A DNA stretch of 64,000 bases from an uncultured Clostridia bacterium (GTDB lineage Bacteria; Bacillota; Clostridia; Christensenellales; Pumilibacteraceae). The stretch covers positions 11,596 through 75,595 of the forward strand of contig CAKQDN010000001.1 in NCBI GenBank assembly GCA_934229275.1, written 5' to 3'. The translations under genes and the position numbers were made by a program. The notes beneath the pieces were generated by a model that saw nothing but the letters and a program-made list of their open reading frames with translations, did no database searches and was not told the DNA's origin. Positions 26,959 to 37,232 of this stretch are shown here, one piece after another; positions within the stretch are counted from its first letter, which is position 1, and the number at the start of each line of letters is the position of its first letter.

Positions 26959-29900
26959 ACAAAATAACCGACGTATTCGCTTCCCTTCCGGAAGTGAACA
27001 AAATATTAAACGACAACCGGGACGGTAAAAAAGTCTCGGTTTTCGGCGTACAAACTTTTTCCCGGGCGGTGATAACCTCGCTTATCGGGTCTGCCGTCGT
27101 CGTCTGTTCCGACTTTTTCACGGCAGGCAGATTCGCGCGCGCTCTTCGCTGCTTTTCGGACGGAGTGGTTCTGCTGAAAGAGAGAGAAGAAACGCTGATA
27201 GCCGGCTGTTTTACGCCCTCGCTTCGCGAACGCTTCACCGCTATGGGCGACGCCGTAACCGGAAAAGCGAAATTCGTGGTAACGACCTCGCGCGCGCTCA
27301 TGCAATTGTACCCCCAAAGAGATACGTTCGCGAAAAGGATTATAACGCTGAAAAAAGGCGGACAAGTCGACCCCGACCTCGCCTCCGAAAAACTGGTCGG
27401 TAACGGGTATAAAAGAGAGGCGCAACTGAGCGACGCGTGCAGATTTTCCCGACGCGGCGACATTCTCGACGTCTACCCGGTAAACGCGTCCTCGCCGTAC
27501 AGGATAGAATTCTTCGGCGACGAAATCGACCGTATAACCGTGCTCGACCCGGAAACGCAATTATCGGTAAAATCCGTTGACGAAGTCGAAATTTATCCCT
27601 GTACGGACGTATTCGATCTGCCCGAAGAGGTCAATCATTTAAATAAATACCTCTGTCCGTCGCTCGCCCCCGACTTCAGAGCGAGAGGCGACGAACTCAT
27701 ATCCGGCATAGTTTCGGGCGGAAGCGGCAACGAGCGCGATTATCTTCTGCCGCTTTGTCCGCACGAATCGCTTGCATCTTTCCTGCGCGGCAGAACTTTC
27801 GTTTTCGACGAATGTAAGCGCACTTACGACGCTCTCGAAACGGCGTATTCCGAGCATAAACAGCGATTCGAGTCGCTGTTCGGCAAGGGCGAAACGCTCA
27901 AATTCGCGTTTGAAAGCATGCTTTCGCCAGAGCAGGCGGCGGCAATCGACGAGAAAGAACTGTCTTTCCACGCGATAACAAGCACCAACCGCTTTTTCGC
28001 TCCGCAGGAACTGTACGTTTTCCGCACCATGAACGCTCCGAGATACGTCGGCGACCACGCTCAACTGGTAACCGACACGCAAAACTGGACGAGTAAAGGC
28101 TATAAAGTCTGCGTTCTTTGCGCGAACGACAAACTCCGCGAGCACGTTTCGGAACTTTTTGCCGATAATTATGTGGCTTGCTGCGGCGACTATTCGGGCG
28201 ACGTCACCGTCACCGGCGAGAGCGGCGAGAACGGCGAAATTCTGCACGACTTCAAACTTGCCGTCGTGTGCGAAAACGACCTCGTGGGAGCGAAAAACGT
28301 TTCGGTCAAAACCCGACGCCGCAATAATTTCATCGGCGAACCCAAAATCGGCGAATACGTCGTACACGACGTTCACGGCGTGGGCATGTGTGAGGGCGTT
28401 AAAAAAGTCACCGTGGGAACGGTAACGCGCGATTACGTCGTCGTAGGCTATGCCGGCGGCGACAAACTGTACGTCCCGGTCGAAAATCTCGACAGCCTGA
28501 CCCGGTACGTTTCGGGCGGTACTCCGCGCTTAAACAAGATGGGCGGAGCCGAATTTACCAAGCAAAAACTAAAAGCGCGCGAATCCATTAAAAAACTGGC
28601 GTTCGACCTTAAAAGTCTGTACGCCGAGCGGTTCAAGGCAAACGCCTATCGTTACAGCGACGACGACAGCCTTCTGCATGAGTTCGAGAATACGTTCGAA
28701 TACACCGAAACGGACGATCAGTTGCGCGCAGTAAAAGAGTGTCTGGACGACCTGAAATCGCCCAGAATAATGGACCGACTGCTTTGCGGCGACGTCGGTT
28801 ACGGCAAAACCGAAGTCGCGCTCCGCGTGGCTTTCAAGGTCATAAGCGAGGGTAAGCAAGTCGCTTTTCTGTCGCCTACGACCGTGCTTGCCAAGCAGCA
28901 CTACGCGACCGTCCTTAAAAGAATGAGCGCGTTCGGCGTAAAAGCGGGCAGACTTACCCGTTTCGACAGCCAGGCTGCCGTTAAAAAAACGCTGTCCGAC
29001 CTTGCCGCGGGTAAACTCGACATCGTGGTCGGCACGCACAGACTTCTGTCCAAAGACGTCAAATTTTCTGACCTCGGATTGCTGATTCTGGACGAAGAAC
29101 AGCGTTTCGGCGTCGGGGACAAGGAAAAGATCAAGAATTTAAGGCGCGAGGTAAACGTTTTAACGCTTTCCGCAACGCCCATACCGCGCACTCTGCACAT
29201 GTCCATGACGGGCATACGCGACATGAGCCTTCTCGAAACGCCGCCTATGAACCGCCTGCCCGTTCAGACCTACGTCACCGAGTACAGCGACGCGCTTTTG
29301 TACGACGCGATAACGAGGGAGATGGGTAGAGAGGGACAGACTTTCGTCGTTTATAACCGGGTAGAGGACATAGATCGGTTCGCGGCAAAGGTTAAAACCA
29401 TCGTGCCGGACGCAAAAATAATCGTGGCTCACGGTCAGATGCCGGAGAGCGAACTGGAAAAAGCCGTTGACGCATTCGTTTCGGGCGACGGCGACGTCAT
29501 GGTGTCGAGTACCATCATCGAAAACGGCGTGGATATTCCGCGCGCAAACACGCTTATCGTGGCGGACGCCGACAGAATGGGGCTGAGTACTCTTTATCAA
29601 CTCCGCGGCAGAGTGGGCAGAAGCGATCGCACGGCATACGCTTTCTTCACTTATCGCAGCAATAAAGTGCTTTCAAAAGAAGCGTTCGAGCGGCTCGAAT
29701 CCATCGGTAAGTATACGGAATTGGGCAGCGGCTTCAAAATCGCCATGCGCGACCTCGAAATACGCGGAGCAGGCAATATTCTGGGTGCCGAGCAGCACGG
29801 TCATATGGAAAAAGTGGGCTACGACACCTACTGCGCTCTTCTGGAAGAAGTGCTGGGAGAAATGGACGGAAAACCGCCGGTCGTCAAAAAGGAAGTGCGC

Positions 29901-30317
29901 ATGTCCGTGGACTACGGCACGTTCGTCCCCGACGGCTACGTCACCGATCCCGAATGGAAACTTCGCCTGTACTCGCGCATATCCCGGGTATGCTCGACCG
30001 ATGAGAGAAACGCTCTTCTTAGCGAACTCGCGGACATGTACGGACCGGTTCCCGACGGCGTCAAAAACCTCGTCAACGTCGCGCTTATCAAAAATCTCGC
30101 GGCGGAAGCCGGCGCAAGCGGCGTCGTAATGAACAAAAGAGAAAGCAAAGTGGTGTTCGACCTTATAAAAGACATATCGCCCGACTGCTATGCGGCGGCG
30201 CTTAAATGCGGCGCAAAACTGGCAGGAGAGGAAAAGCCGGCGCTCAGATTCAACAACAATAACGATTTATTGAAATTTTTACGCAATTGTCGTAATTTGA
30301 GGTTGAAAAACGTTTGA
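26955..30317 (+). CDS. mfd: transcription-repair coupling factor Mfd
   Basis: 1120 aa; UvrB-homology N-terminus, RNAP-interaction domain, superfamily-2 helicase motifs (GDVGYGKTEVA, DEEQRFG), TRCF C-terminal domain. ATGA overlap with pth. Confidence 0.9.
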   Translation: MNKITDVFASLPEVNKILNDNRDGKKVSVFGVQTFSRAVITSLIGSAVVVCSDFFTAGRFARALRCFSDGVVLLKEREETLIAGCFTPSLRERFTAMGDAVTGKAKFVVTTSRALMQLYPQRDTFAKRIITLKKGGQVDPDLASEKLVGNGYKREAQLSDACRFSRRGDILDVYPVNASSPYRIEFFGDEIDRITVLDPETQLSVKSVDEVEIYPCTDVFDLPEEVNHLNKYLCPSLAPDFRARGDELISGIVSGGSGNERDYLLPLCPHESLASFLRGRTFVFDECKRTYDALETAYSEHKQRFESLFGKGETLKFAFESMLSPEQAAAIDEKELSFHAITSTNRFFAPQELYVFRTMNAPRYVGDHAQLVTDTQNWTSKGYKVCVLCANDKLREHVSELFADNYVACCGDYSGDVTVTGESGENGEILHDFKLAVVCENDLVGAKNVSVKTRRRNNFIGEPKIGEYVVHDVHGVGMCEGVKKVTVGTVTRDYVVVGYAGGDKLYVPVENLDSLTRYVSGGTPRLNKMGGAEFTKQKLKARESIKKLAFDLKSLYAERFKANAYRYSDDDSLLHEFENTFEYTETDDQLRAVKECLDDLKSPRIMDRLLCGDVGYGKTEVALRVAFKVISEGKQVAFLSPTTVLAKQHYATVLKRMSAFGVKAGRLTRFDSQAAVKKTLSDLAAGKLDIVVGTHRLLSKDVKFSDLGLLILDEEQRFGVGDKEKIKNLRREVNVLTLSATPIPRTLHMSMTGIRDMSLLETPPMNRLPVQTYVTEYSDALLYDAITREMGREGQTFVVYNRVEDIDRFAAKVKTIVPDAKIIVAHGQMPESELEKAVDAFVSGDGDVMVSSTIIENGVDIPRANTLIVADADRMGLSTLYQLRGRVGRSDRTAYAFFTYRSNKVLSKEAFERLESIGKYTELGSGFKIAMRDLEIRGAGNILGAEQHGHMEKVGYDTYCALLEEVLGEMDGKPPVVKKEVRMSVDYGTFVPDGYVTDPEWKLRLYSRISRVCSTDERNALLSELADMYGPVPDGVKNLVNVALIKNLAAEAGASGVVMNKRESKVVFDLIKDISPDCYAAALKCGAKLAGEEKPALRFNNNNDLLKFLRNCRNLRLKNV

Positions 30318-30342
30318 TTTATCAATCGTAATATGGTATAAT
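30314..30342 (+). promoter_or_regulatory. sigma-A promoter (TTGATT-N17-TGgTATAAT) of the PrsA-like gene
   Basis: Extended -10 TGGTATAAT ending 30342. Confidence 0.5.
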
Positions 30343-30423
30343 ACTTTAGGCTGATATTGTCTACCTTGACAGTCAGACGCTTATTCCGCGCACAGGCGCG
30401 ATAATATAGTAAAGAGGAACAAA

Positions 30424-32271
30424 ATGCGTAAAAGAATTATTTGTCTAATTGTTGCAATCGTTATGTGCTGCTCGGTATTCGCCGGCTGCAATCTCGTTAC
30501 GTTCGATCAGGAACGCGACGACAACAAAGTGGTTATCACCGTCGCTTCGTACGAAATCAAGTCGCCCGACGGACAGAAAACCTATAAAACCGAAGAGAGC
30601 AAGATTTACAAAAGCGAGTTCAAGACGGTTTATAATTATTACACTTACTACTATCAGCAGTACTACGGTTTTTCCGCAGAACAGGTAGTCGAATTGCTCG
30701 TCGAAAACCTTGCGACCGAGAAGATCGTGCTTAATCTCGCAAACGCGTACATCGATTTCGGCTATATTTCCATCGATACCTACGATCGCAACACCATCGA
30801 TCAGAACGTGTACGCCGCAATCGACAGCGCGATTTCTTCCGCTCGTACCGAAGTTCTGGAAGAGCGCGGCATAACCGTTCCCGATGACGACGACGATCAC
30901 GACCACGATCATGACGGCGACGACGATGACGGCGACAGCACCACCTATCCCGTAAAGGATCAGACTTCCGGTGCGTACGACGGTATGGCTCGCGACAAAC
31001 TGATCGAAATCTGCCTCGAAAGAGGAATTCTCACCGTTCCGGCAAACGACAAAGAGCAGGACAAGCAGGACGCAATCACCGTTCGCCAACTTAAAAATCT
31101 GCTCACGAAAGACGATCGCAAGCACGTCGAAGCCTGGAAGCCGTCTTTGTCCAAATATCCCGGACTCAACGCATACGATCAGGAAAGCCGCTCGCTCGAA
31201 ATCGAATCGTTCAAGCGTGCGCTCAAAAATATCAAAACCACCGTCCTCGCTTCGCGCAGTATCACCGAAGAACAGAAAAAGGCAGTGGAAGAAGATTACA
31301 AAAACTTCGATAAAATTACCAACGAAAAGGGCGTAAGTTACGTCTACGGCGCGCTTCAGGGTACTACCACGGCATATCTGCTCGCGGGTAAAAACTACGA
31401 AGATCAGCAGAAAATGACTCTTATCGAAGAGTATATAACCGGCACCGTCGAAGTTACCCGCGCAGACGTCGAAGCGGTGTACGCAAGCACGCTCGCCGAT
31501 CAGAAAAAGTCCTATGCCGACGAATCGGCTTACGAAAGCGCGATAAGTAGCGATACCAAACTGCTCTACTTCCGCGACTCGAACCACTTCTTCGTCAAGC
31601 ACATCCTTATTCCGTTCAGCGACGCGCAGACCGCGGCTCTTAAAGCTTACAAGTCCGGCGTCGAAGCGTCCGTCGGCGGCAACTACGAAGACTATCGCAA
31701 TCGTCTCGCAAACGAAATCATGTCGTACGAACACGTTGACGGCGAAAACTACGGCAAACCCGTTTCGCTTAACGTAATCTACAACGAAATCCTCAACAAG
31801 GTCAACGGAGCGGCAACTCTGTACGAAAAGGAACGCGCGTTCGACGACCTTATTTACAAATACAACACCGACCCCGGAATTTTCGGTAAAACTTACGGAT
31901 ATATGGAAAAATACGAACTTGGTTCTTCCACCGAAAGTTATGTTGCCGAATTCGCGGCAGCGGCAAGAAAACTGTACGAAGGCGGCGTCGAAGGCGCTCT
32001 GTCCGAAAAAGTCGTAACCGACTACGGCGTGCACGTTCTCTATCTGTCCAAACTGCCCAAGGCAGGCGAAGTCGTCGGTCTTGACGGATATTATTCCTAC
32101 GGTCAGTACGATTCGGTTTACGCCGCTATGGAAAGCACCGCGCTCACCGCAAAGGAAAACGCAGCGTTCTCGCAGTGGAGAAGCCAGCAGGTCGCTCGCT
32201 ACTACAAAGGCGATGCCGATAACGCAAGCGTGGTTTCCGTAAACGAAAAAGAAACCAAAGCAGTTATCTGA
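30424..32271 (+). CDS. PrsA/SurA-like lipoprotein with parvulin-type PPIase region and an Asp/His-rich acidic tract
   Basis: Signal peptide plus lipobox (FAGC). Parvulin-like segment (FVKHILIPFS ... DYGVHVLYLSK). Acidic tract DDDDDHDHDHDGDDDDGDS at nt 30881-30940. Sits after mfd as in clostridial genomes. Confidence 0.55.
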   Translation: MRKRIICLIVAIVMCCSVFAGCNLVTFDQERDDNKVVITVASYEIKSPDGQKTYKTEESKIYKSEFKTVYNYYTYYYQQYYGFSAEQVVELLVENLATEKIVLNLANAYIDFGYISIDTYDRNTIDQNVYAAIDSAISSARTEVLEERGITVPDDDDDHDHDHDGDDDDGDSTTYPVKDQTSGAYDGMARDKLIEICLERGILTVPANDKEQDKQDAITVRQLKNLLTKDDRKHVEAWKPSLSKYPGLNAYDQESRSLEIESFKRALKNIKTTVLASRSITEEQKKAVEEDYKNFDKITNEKGVSYVYGALQGTTTAYLLAGKNYEDQQKMTLIEEYITGTVEVTRADVEAVYASTLADQKKSYADESAYESAISSDTKLLYFRDSNHFFVKHILIPFSDAQTAALKAYKSGVEASVGGNYEDYRNRLANEIMSYEHVDGENYGKPVSLNVIYNEILNKVNGAATLYEKERAFDDLIYKYNTDPGIFGKTYGYMEKYELGSSTESYVAEFAAAARKLYEGGVEGALSEKVVTDYGVHVLYLSKLPKAGEVVGLDGYYSYGQYDSVYAAMESTALTAKENAAFSQWRSQQVARYYKGDADNASVVSVNEKETKAVI

Positions 32272-32443
32272 CGAATAAACGGTAAAATGCGGGCGTTCCG
32301 GCAAAAACGGAGTGCCCGTTTTTATTCTTAACGAAAGCACGTCGCCCCGATAAAAAGACTATTTTTTGCGGCTATTCGTGCAAATATTCGGTTTTTCGCA
32401 TCCGATTCCGTGATATAATCAAGGAAAAAACGAGGCGCTTAAA

Positions 32444-33544
32444 TTGAAAAAACTGAAAGTCGGTAACGTAAACGCGTACTTCATCGAAAATAACGAAAAA
32501 TTGCCCGATTTGTGCGGTATGCCCGAGGGTATCGCCGCCTGCGTATATCGCGACGACGACTGCTCCGACCTCGACGATATAACGCTTCGCCGCGTTATTT
32601 CCGCCAAATACAGAGTTAAAGAGCAATCGGCGGAGGACGTTCGTTTGCGATTGGTCGTGGCAAGCAAAGCGTTTGTGCGAAAATTCGACCGCGCCGAACC
32701 TATTAAATCGCTTCCGACGGCATATATAGTGCCGAAAGGCGACTGCTTGTCTGCAATTGCTTATATATCGAGCAGGCAAAACGAGGTGACCGACGCCGTT
32801 GTGGTCGATTGCGCTGCGAAAGACCGATATACCGACGCGTCGAATTTCGGTTCGGCTGCCGCAAAACTGCTCGGAGTTGCCGATTACAGAGCCGAGTGTC
32901 TGCTCGGGAGCGAAAAGTACGACCGCGCCGCCGCGTCCGATTTCCGCAAGTGTATTCTTGCCGGCATCGCAAGCGGCAAAGCACCCGACGACTATACTAT
33001 TGCTCAAAAAGCGGCTAAAATCGACTATTTCACGCGCCCGGGAGGAGAGAGTTTCTTCTCCGCCGTGTTAAACGCCATGCTGCGGCACGAAAGCCGTAAA
33101 ACGCTGCCCGAGGGAGTGGCTCGCCTGCTCGCCGCAAACGTGATCGTCGAAACTTACAAACAGTTCGTAATAAGCGATTTCGGACTGATAACGCCGCCCG
33201 ACAACAACGCGCGGATAGAAGCGCTGTGCGACTATCTCGGGTGGGACGAGAGGAGTCTGCTTTCTATCGTTCGGCTCGATCTGACCGAGAATCAGATTAA
33301 ACGCTCGCTTTACGCCGTCAAAAACTGCCGCGCGGAATTACTGGCGGAACTGTGCTACGACGGAGCCGCGCTTGCGGTCGCCGCTCGCAAAATAAAACGG
33401 CTCATGCCCGATTACGGCTACGATTTGTACGGCTCGTTCGGGTTCGACGACCTGCGACTTGCGTTTGCGCTCGCCCCCGATTTCGGCGGAGGAAAAATCT
33501 ACACGCTTATGAAAAGCATGGGGCTTACCGACGCTTTTATTTAG
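32444..33544 (+). CDS. hypothetical protein (no recognisable domain)
   Basis: 366-aa ORF, TTG start with upstream GATATAAT -10 and AAGGA RBS; coding-like composition; occupies the slot after the PrsA-like gene. Confidence 0.45.
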   Translation: MKKLKVGNVNAYFIENNEKLPDLCGMPEGIAACVYRDDDCSDLDDITLRRVISAKYRVKEQSAEDVRLRLVVASKAFVRKFDRAEPIKSLPTAYIVPKGDCLSAIAYISSRQNEVTDAVVVDCAAKDRYTDASNFGSAAAKLLGVADYRAECLLGSEKYDRAAASDFRKCILAGIASGKAPDDYTIAQKAAKIDYFTRPGGESFFSAVLNAMLRHESRKTLPEGVARLLAANVIVETYKQFVISDFGLITPPDNNARIEALCDYLGWDERSLLSIVRLDLTENQIKRSLYAVKNCRAELLAELCYDGAALAVAARKIKRLMPDYGYDLYGSFGFDDLRLAFALAPDFGGGKIYTLMKSMGLTDAFI

Positions 33545-33572
33545 AAAAATTCTTTACACCGGAGATAAAATC

Positions 33573-34349
33573 ATGAACGACAAAATGAAAAAAGTCAAGT
33601 GTTTTCTGCTCGATATGGACGGCACGATCTGCCTCGATAACGACGTTTTCGACGGCGCGGTCGATGCGGTCGAACGCATGAAAAAGCAGGGAAGAGTGCT
33701 GTTTCTGACCAATAACAGTTCCAAAACGCCCGACGGATATTACGAAAAACTCAACAAAATGGGCTTCAACGTGACCATGGACAACATCTATACGTCCGCC
33801 ATGGCTGCGACGGCGTATCTTAAAGCGAATTTTGCCGATAAAAAAGTCTATATTTTCGCAAATAAGGCGGTAAAAGCCGAATTCATAGCGCAGGGAATAA
33901 AGTCGGAAGAAGAGCATCCCGACCTTATTTTAATTGCGTTCAACACCGAATTTCATTATGACGAACTCGAAACGCTTTGCAATTTCATACGCGAAGGCGT
34001 TCCTTTTATATGTACTCACGACGATATCAACTGCCCCACGGTGCGCGGGTTTAAGCCCGACGTCGGCTCGTATCTCGCGCTCATCGAAAAGTCTACGGGC
34101 AAAAAACCGATTGCCGTGTGCGGCAAGCCCTATTCGATCATGGGCGACTGCATCCGCGAAAAATGTCACCTCGGGTGCGACGAAATCGCCATGTTCGGCG
34201 ACAGACTCGGCACCGATATTAAGTTCGGAATTAATAACAATTTCGTGTCCGTTCTCGTCCTTACCGGCGAAACGAAAGCCGACGAAGCAAAGAAAAGCGG
34301 GCTCGACATAACCTTTACTCTGCCTTCCATATGCGAATGGGACGCTTAA
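33573..34349 (+). CDS. HAD-superfamily subfamily IIA hydrolase (NagD/YutF-like sugar phosphatase)
   Basis: DMDGT motif I (FLLDMDGTI), LTNNSS motif II, GD-x-x-x-D motif IV (MFGDRLGTDI); 258 aa. Confidence 0.75.
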   Translation: MNDKMKKVKCFLLDMDGTICLDNDVFDGAVDAVERMKKQGRVLFLTNNSSKTPDGYYEKLNKMGFNVTMDNIYTSAMAATAYLKANFADKKVYIFANKAVKAEFIAQGIKSEEEHPDLILIAFNTEFHYDELETLCNFIREGVPFICTHDDINCPTVRGFKPDVGSYLALIEKSTGKKPIAVCGKPYSIMGDCIREKCHLGCDEIAMFGDRLGTDIKFGINNNFVSVLVLTGETKADEAKKSGLDITFTLPSICEWDA

Positions 34350-34404
34350 ACAAGGCAAAAATTAAATTTTGTCACATTATCGTTGCAAAATTTTCCGTTT
34401 TGTA

Positions 34405-34920
34405 TTATAATAGTACTATTCTTCGACTCGGTAAAATAGTTTTGCGTGCGGAGAATGCTGCGGATATGGCTTTGGCGGCTTTAATCGACAGCGAGTAAAC
34501 GTATCGTTTGTCGGCGTAAACGAGTTCGCTTTTGTCGTTTATCCCGATCGTAGCGATAACCGACCAGTCGCCCACCGCACCCAGATTTTTGCCGTTGGCA
34601 AGTCCCGGGCGTATGGAGCCGCGGAATACGCTCAAAGTACCTTTTTTGCCGTACGGACAAATAGCCGAGTCCACCGCTATGATTTTTCGTCCGGGGTGCA
34701 GTAAACCGATTTTTTCGGTCTCGCTTGAAAAATTCAGCGCGTGAACGGGATTATCGCAAGTACCGTAAACGGGAGCCGGAACGGAAAAGTTCTCGGTTAA
34801 AAGTTTCCCGGTTATCGGACCGAAACTGTCACCCGATACTTTAGGCGAGCCTATGCACAGTATGACGGGCGGAAGGTCCTGATTCAATACGAATTGTCTG
34901 AATAAATAATTTGCGTCCAT
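34405..34920 (-). CDS. YyaC-like (DUF1256) spore-protease-related protein
   Basis: ILCIGSPKVSGDSFGPITG matches the CIGtDrstGDsLGP motif of the YyaC/Gpr family. ORF opens at 35061, but Met-48 (34920) avoids overlap with the divergent cvpA start. Confidence 0.55.
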   Translation of the reverse strand: MDANYLFRQFVLNQDLPPVILCIGSPKVSGDSFGPITGKLLTENFSVPAPVYGTCDNPVHALNFSSETEKIGLLHPGRKIIAVDSAICPYGKKGTLSVFRGSIRPGLANGKNLGAVGDWSVIATIGINDKSELVYADKRYVYSLSIKAAKAISAAFSARKTILPSRRIVLL

Positions 34921-34975
34921 AGATAGAATTTTCGCCTGTATTCGGGCGTTGTATACGACGCAAAAAGGAGGTTGC

Positions 34976-35779
34976 ATGTCTTTTATCGATATAGGAATAA
35001 TTTCCGTGGTCGGCTTGTGTGCGCTTGTCGGCTTGTGGCGCGGAACGGGCAAAACGCTCATAAAACTGCTTTGCTTCGTGCTTGCGCTTTTAACTTGCTT
35101 TTTTCTGTCCGATTATTTTTTGAGATTTCTGCTCGGAGTGGACGCTATCAAAAATCTCGCGCTCGGCGATACGTTTTCCATTTATAAACTGATTAAAGAC
35201 CGTTTCGGCGACGTCGAAAGCGCTACGGGAGTGGCGAAAACGCTGTACGATTCGCTGCTCGTCCGCTATGATGCGCTCGGCGGTGAGGCTGCCTGGGGAG
35301 CAAGCAAACAGGAATTTCTTGCCGTTGCCATGTCGCTTCATATGTTCACGATATTCACGACCGCCGTTCTATACGCCGCGGCAAGAATACTCGCAACCAT
35401 TCTCGGCTACGTTCTTAAAATTATTTTCGTTCACGGCGAACCCAATCTTGTCAGCCGTATTTTCGGATTGGTTATCGGCGCGGCAAAAGGCGTTTTAACG
35501 GTCATGATTTTGTTGTTTGCGCTGTCGGTCGTGTTCCCGTTTTCCGCCGGCATGAACGACCAACTCACCAAAAGCAAGACTTCGCAGATGCTTTGTAACG
35601 CCGAATACGGCTTTTTTTCCGAACGTTTGTACCGTAACAGCACGCTCGAATTTATGCTCGAAAACAAGTTCGGCACAAAAAGCGAGCCGGAAGCCCCCGG
35701 CGGCGAAACAGGTCAATCGGAAGTAAAAACCGCGTATATCGTCAGAGTTACGCCCCCGCAGACTGACGCGAACGTGTAA
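34976..35779 (+). CDS. CvpA-family membrane protein
   Basis: AAAGGAGG RBS plus ATG 34976; 4 TM segments with the CvpA-like N-terminus (MSFIDIGIISVVGLCALVGLWRG). Confidence 0.6.
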   Translation: MSFIDIGIISVVGLCALVGLWRGTGKTLIKLLCFVLALLTCFFLSDYFLRFLLGVDAIKNLALGDTFSIYKLIKDRFGDVESATGVAKTLYDSLLVRYDALGGEAAWGASKQEFLAVAMSLHMFTIFTTAVLYAAARILATILGYVLKIIFVHGEPNLVSRIFGLVIGAAKGVLTVMILLFALSVVFPFSAGMNDQLTKSKTSQMLCNAEYGFFSERLYRNSTLEFMLENKFGTKSEPEAPGGETGQSEVKTAYIVRVTPPQTDANV

Positions 35780-35812
35780 GTCCCAAATGCGTAAAATTCG
35801 ATAAGCAAGTTC

Positions 35813-35843
35813 GACGCAGACCGTAAAAAGTCTGCGTTTTTTG
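35813..35843 (+). terminator. rho-independent terminator after cvpA
   Basis: GACGCAGAC-cgtaaaaa-GTCTGCGT followed by TTTTTT. Confidence 0.6.
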
Positions 35844-35863
35844 CGTGTTGCGGAGCGAAATCG

Positions 35864-35892
35864 TTGATTTTTGTTTGCGCTTATGGTATAAT
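35864..35892 (+). promoter_or_regulatory. sigma-A promoter (TTGATT-N17-TGgTATAAT) of the DMT transporter gene
   Basis: TTGATT 35864-35869, TATAAT 35887-35892. Confidence 0.5.
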
Positions 35893-35973
35893 ATTTGCCG
35901 TGCTTAAAGGGAGCGGCGGTGTCTTCCTAAGCGGCGAGAGACGAGAAAACGGCAACTCTCGGAGGAGAAATTT

Positions 35974-36927
35974 ATGTATTATCTGTTGCTTTTCGCGGCT
36001 TCCGTTTTATTTTCCGTTCAATTCGTATTCACGAAATGTTTCCAGAAAATCAAAGGAGGCGGCTTTTTTTATTCGCTCGTGTTCGGGCTGATCGTGTCGC
36101 TCGTGTCCGTGCCGATTTTTCTTGCCGTCAACGGCTTTAAATTCGAATTCTCTGCGTTTTCGCTTGTCGTCGCCGCGATTTATACCGCTAACAATATAAT
36201 CTTAACCGCGTTTTCCACGAAAGCGCTCACCTGCGCCGACCTGTCGCTTTTCAGCCTTTTTATGCTGCTCGGAGGCATGATAGTGCCGTTTTTATACGGT
36301 ATCTGCGTCGGGGAAAGCGTCAATGCCATGAAAATAATCGGTGTAGTCGCCGTAAGCGCGTCGATGTTCGTCAGCCTTAAACCCGATAAAAACAAGAAAA
36401 ATTCGCTGTTCGCAATCGTCTGCATGATTGTGGTTTTTGTCTGTAACGGTCTTAGCGGCATAATCACCGCATACCATCAGAGCGGCGTCGGAGATGCGGT
36501 CGGTTCGTCCGCTTTTCTCATGCTCCAGAACGTTTTCCGTGCGGGGATTTCGGTTGTAATTCTCGCCGTGATCGCTGTCGTAAATAAAGTAAGAACGGGT
36601 CGCGCCGACGGCGAAACGCTTTCTCCCGAAAACCCGACCGATTTCTCTTCGCCCGATTCGGGTGCCGAAAAGAAACAAACGGCTATAAAAGCGTGGATAG
36701 TCGCGATATCCGTCTCCGCCGGATATGCGGTCGTAAACGGAGCCGGCAATCTCTTCGCGACCGTTTCGGTCGCCGAGTTGCCCGCAGTCGTCGTCTACCC
36801 GATAATAACCGGTTGCGGCGTGTTTTTTTCTACGCTTTTCGGACTGTTTTTCGGCGAAAAAATAGATTTGCGCAAAACTTTGTCCGTTTTGCTCGTAATT
36901 TCCGGAACGGTGCTTATGATGTTCTGA
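35974..36927 (+). CDS. DMT-superfamily (EamA-like) membrane transporter
   Basis: 317 aa, about 10 TM segments in two 5-TM halves; GGAGGAG RBS. Confidence 0.5.
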   Translation: MYYLLLFAASVLFSVQFVFTKCFQKIKGGGFFYSLVFGLIVSLVSVPIFLAVNGFKFEFSAFSLVVAAIYTANNIILTAFSTKALTCADLSLFSLFMLLGGMIVPFLYGICVGESVNAMKIIGVVAVSASMFVSLKPDKNKKNSLFAIVCMIVVFVCNGLSGIITAYHQSGVGDAVGSSAFLMLQNVFRAGISVVILAVIAVVNKVRTGRADGETLSPENPTDFSSPDSGAEKKQTAIKAWIVAISVSAGYAVVNGAGNLFATVSVAELPAVVVYPIITGCGVFFSTLFGLFFGEKIDLRKTLSVLLVISGTVLMMF

Positions 36928-37055
36928 TTGAGCGTATTTACATAAAGCAAATACCGAAAGAACAAAGCCGCTTCGACAAATTCAACCGTAGCCTGTTTTT
37001 TATAGGACAAAAAAATAGCGATAACACAAAAATAGCAGTGGTATTTTAAATCAAT

Positions 37056-37093
37056 CAAAAAACGCACTCGGGTGCTTTGCCGTGTGCGTTTTT
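37056..37093. terminator. putative bidirectional terminator between convergent genes
   Basis: A-run, AACGCAC...GTGCGTT stem, T-run. Confidence 0.4.
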
Positions 37094-37232
37094 TATATGT
37101 CGAATAATAATTTAATTAAAGACTGCTGTTTTTTCGCGGAGAGTGTGCAGATTGCTCGGAGAGTTTTTCGCCGAAAATCGGGGCAGCGAGCGAGATTGCG
37201 TAATAGCGGATAAATACTCCTCGCGAGAAAGG

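Noticed and set aside
35893-35973. Possible riboswitch in the about 80-nt leader of the DMT transporter gene (hairpin CGAGAG...CTCTCGGAGGAG overlapping the RBS)
   Set aside because: Too short and lacking conserved cores of known small riboswitch classes (fluoride, preQ1, SAM-II, ZTP) on inspection. Retained only as a possible RBS-sequestering hairpin.
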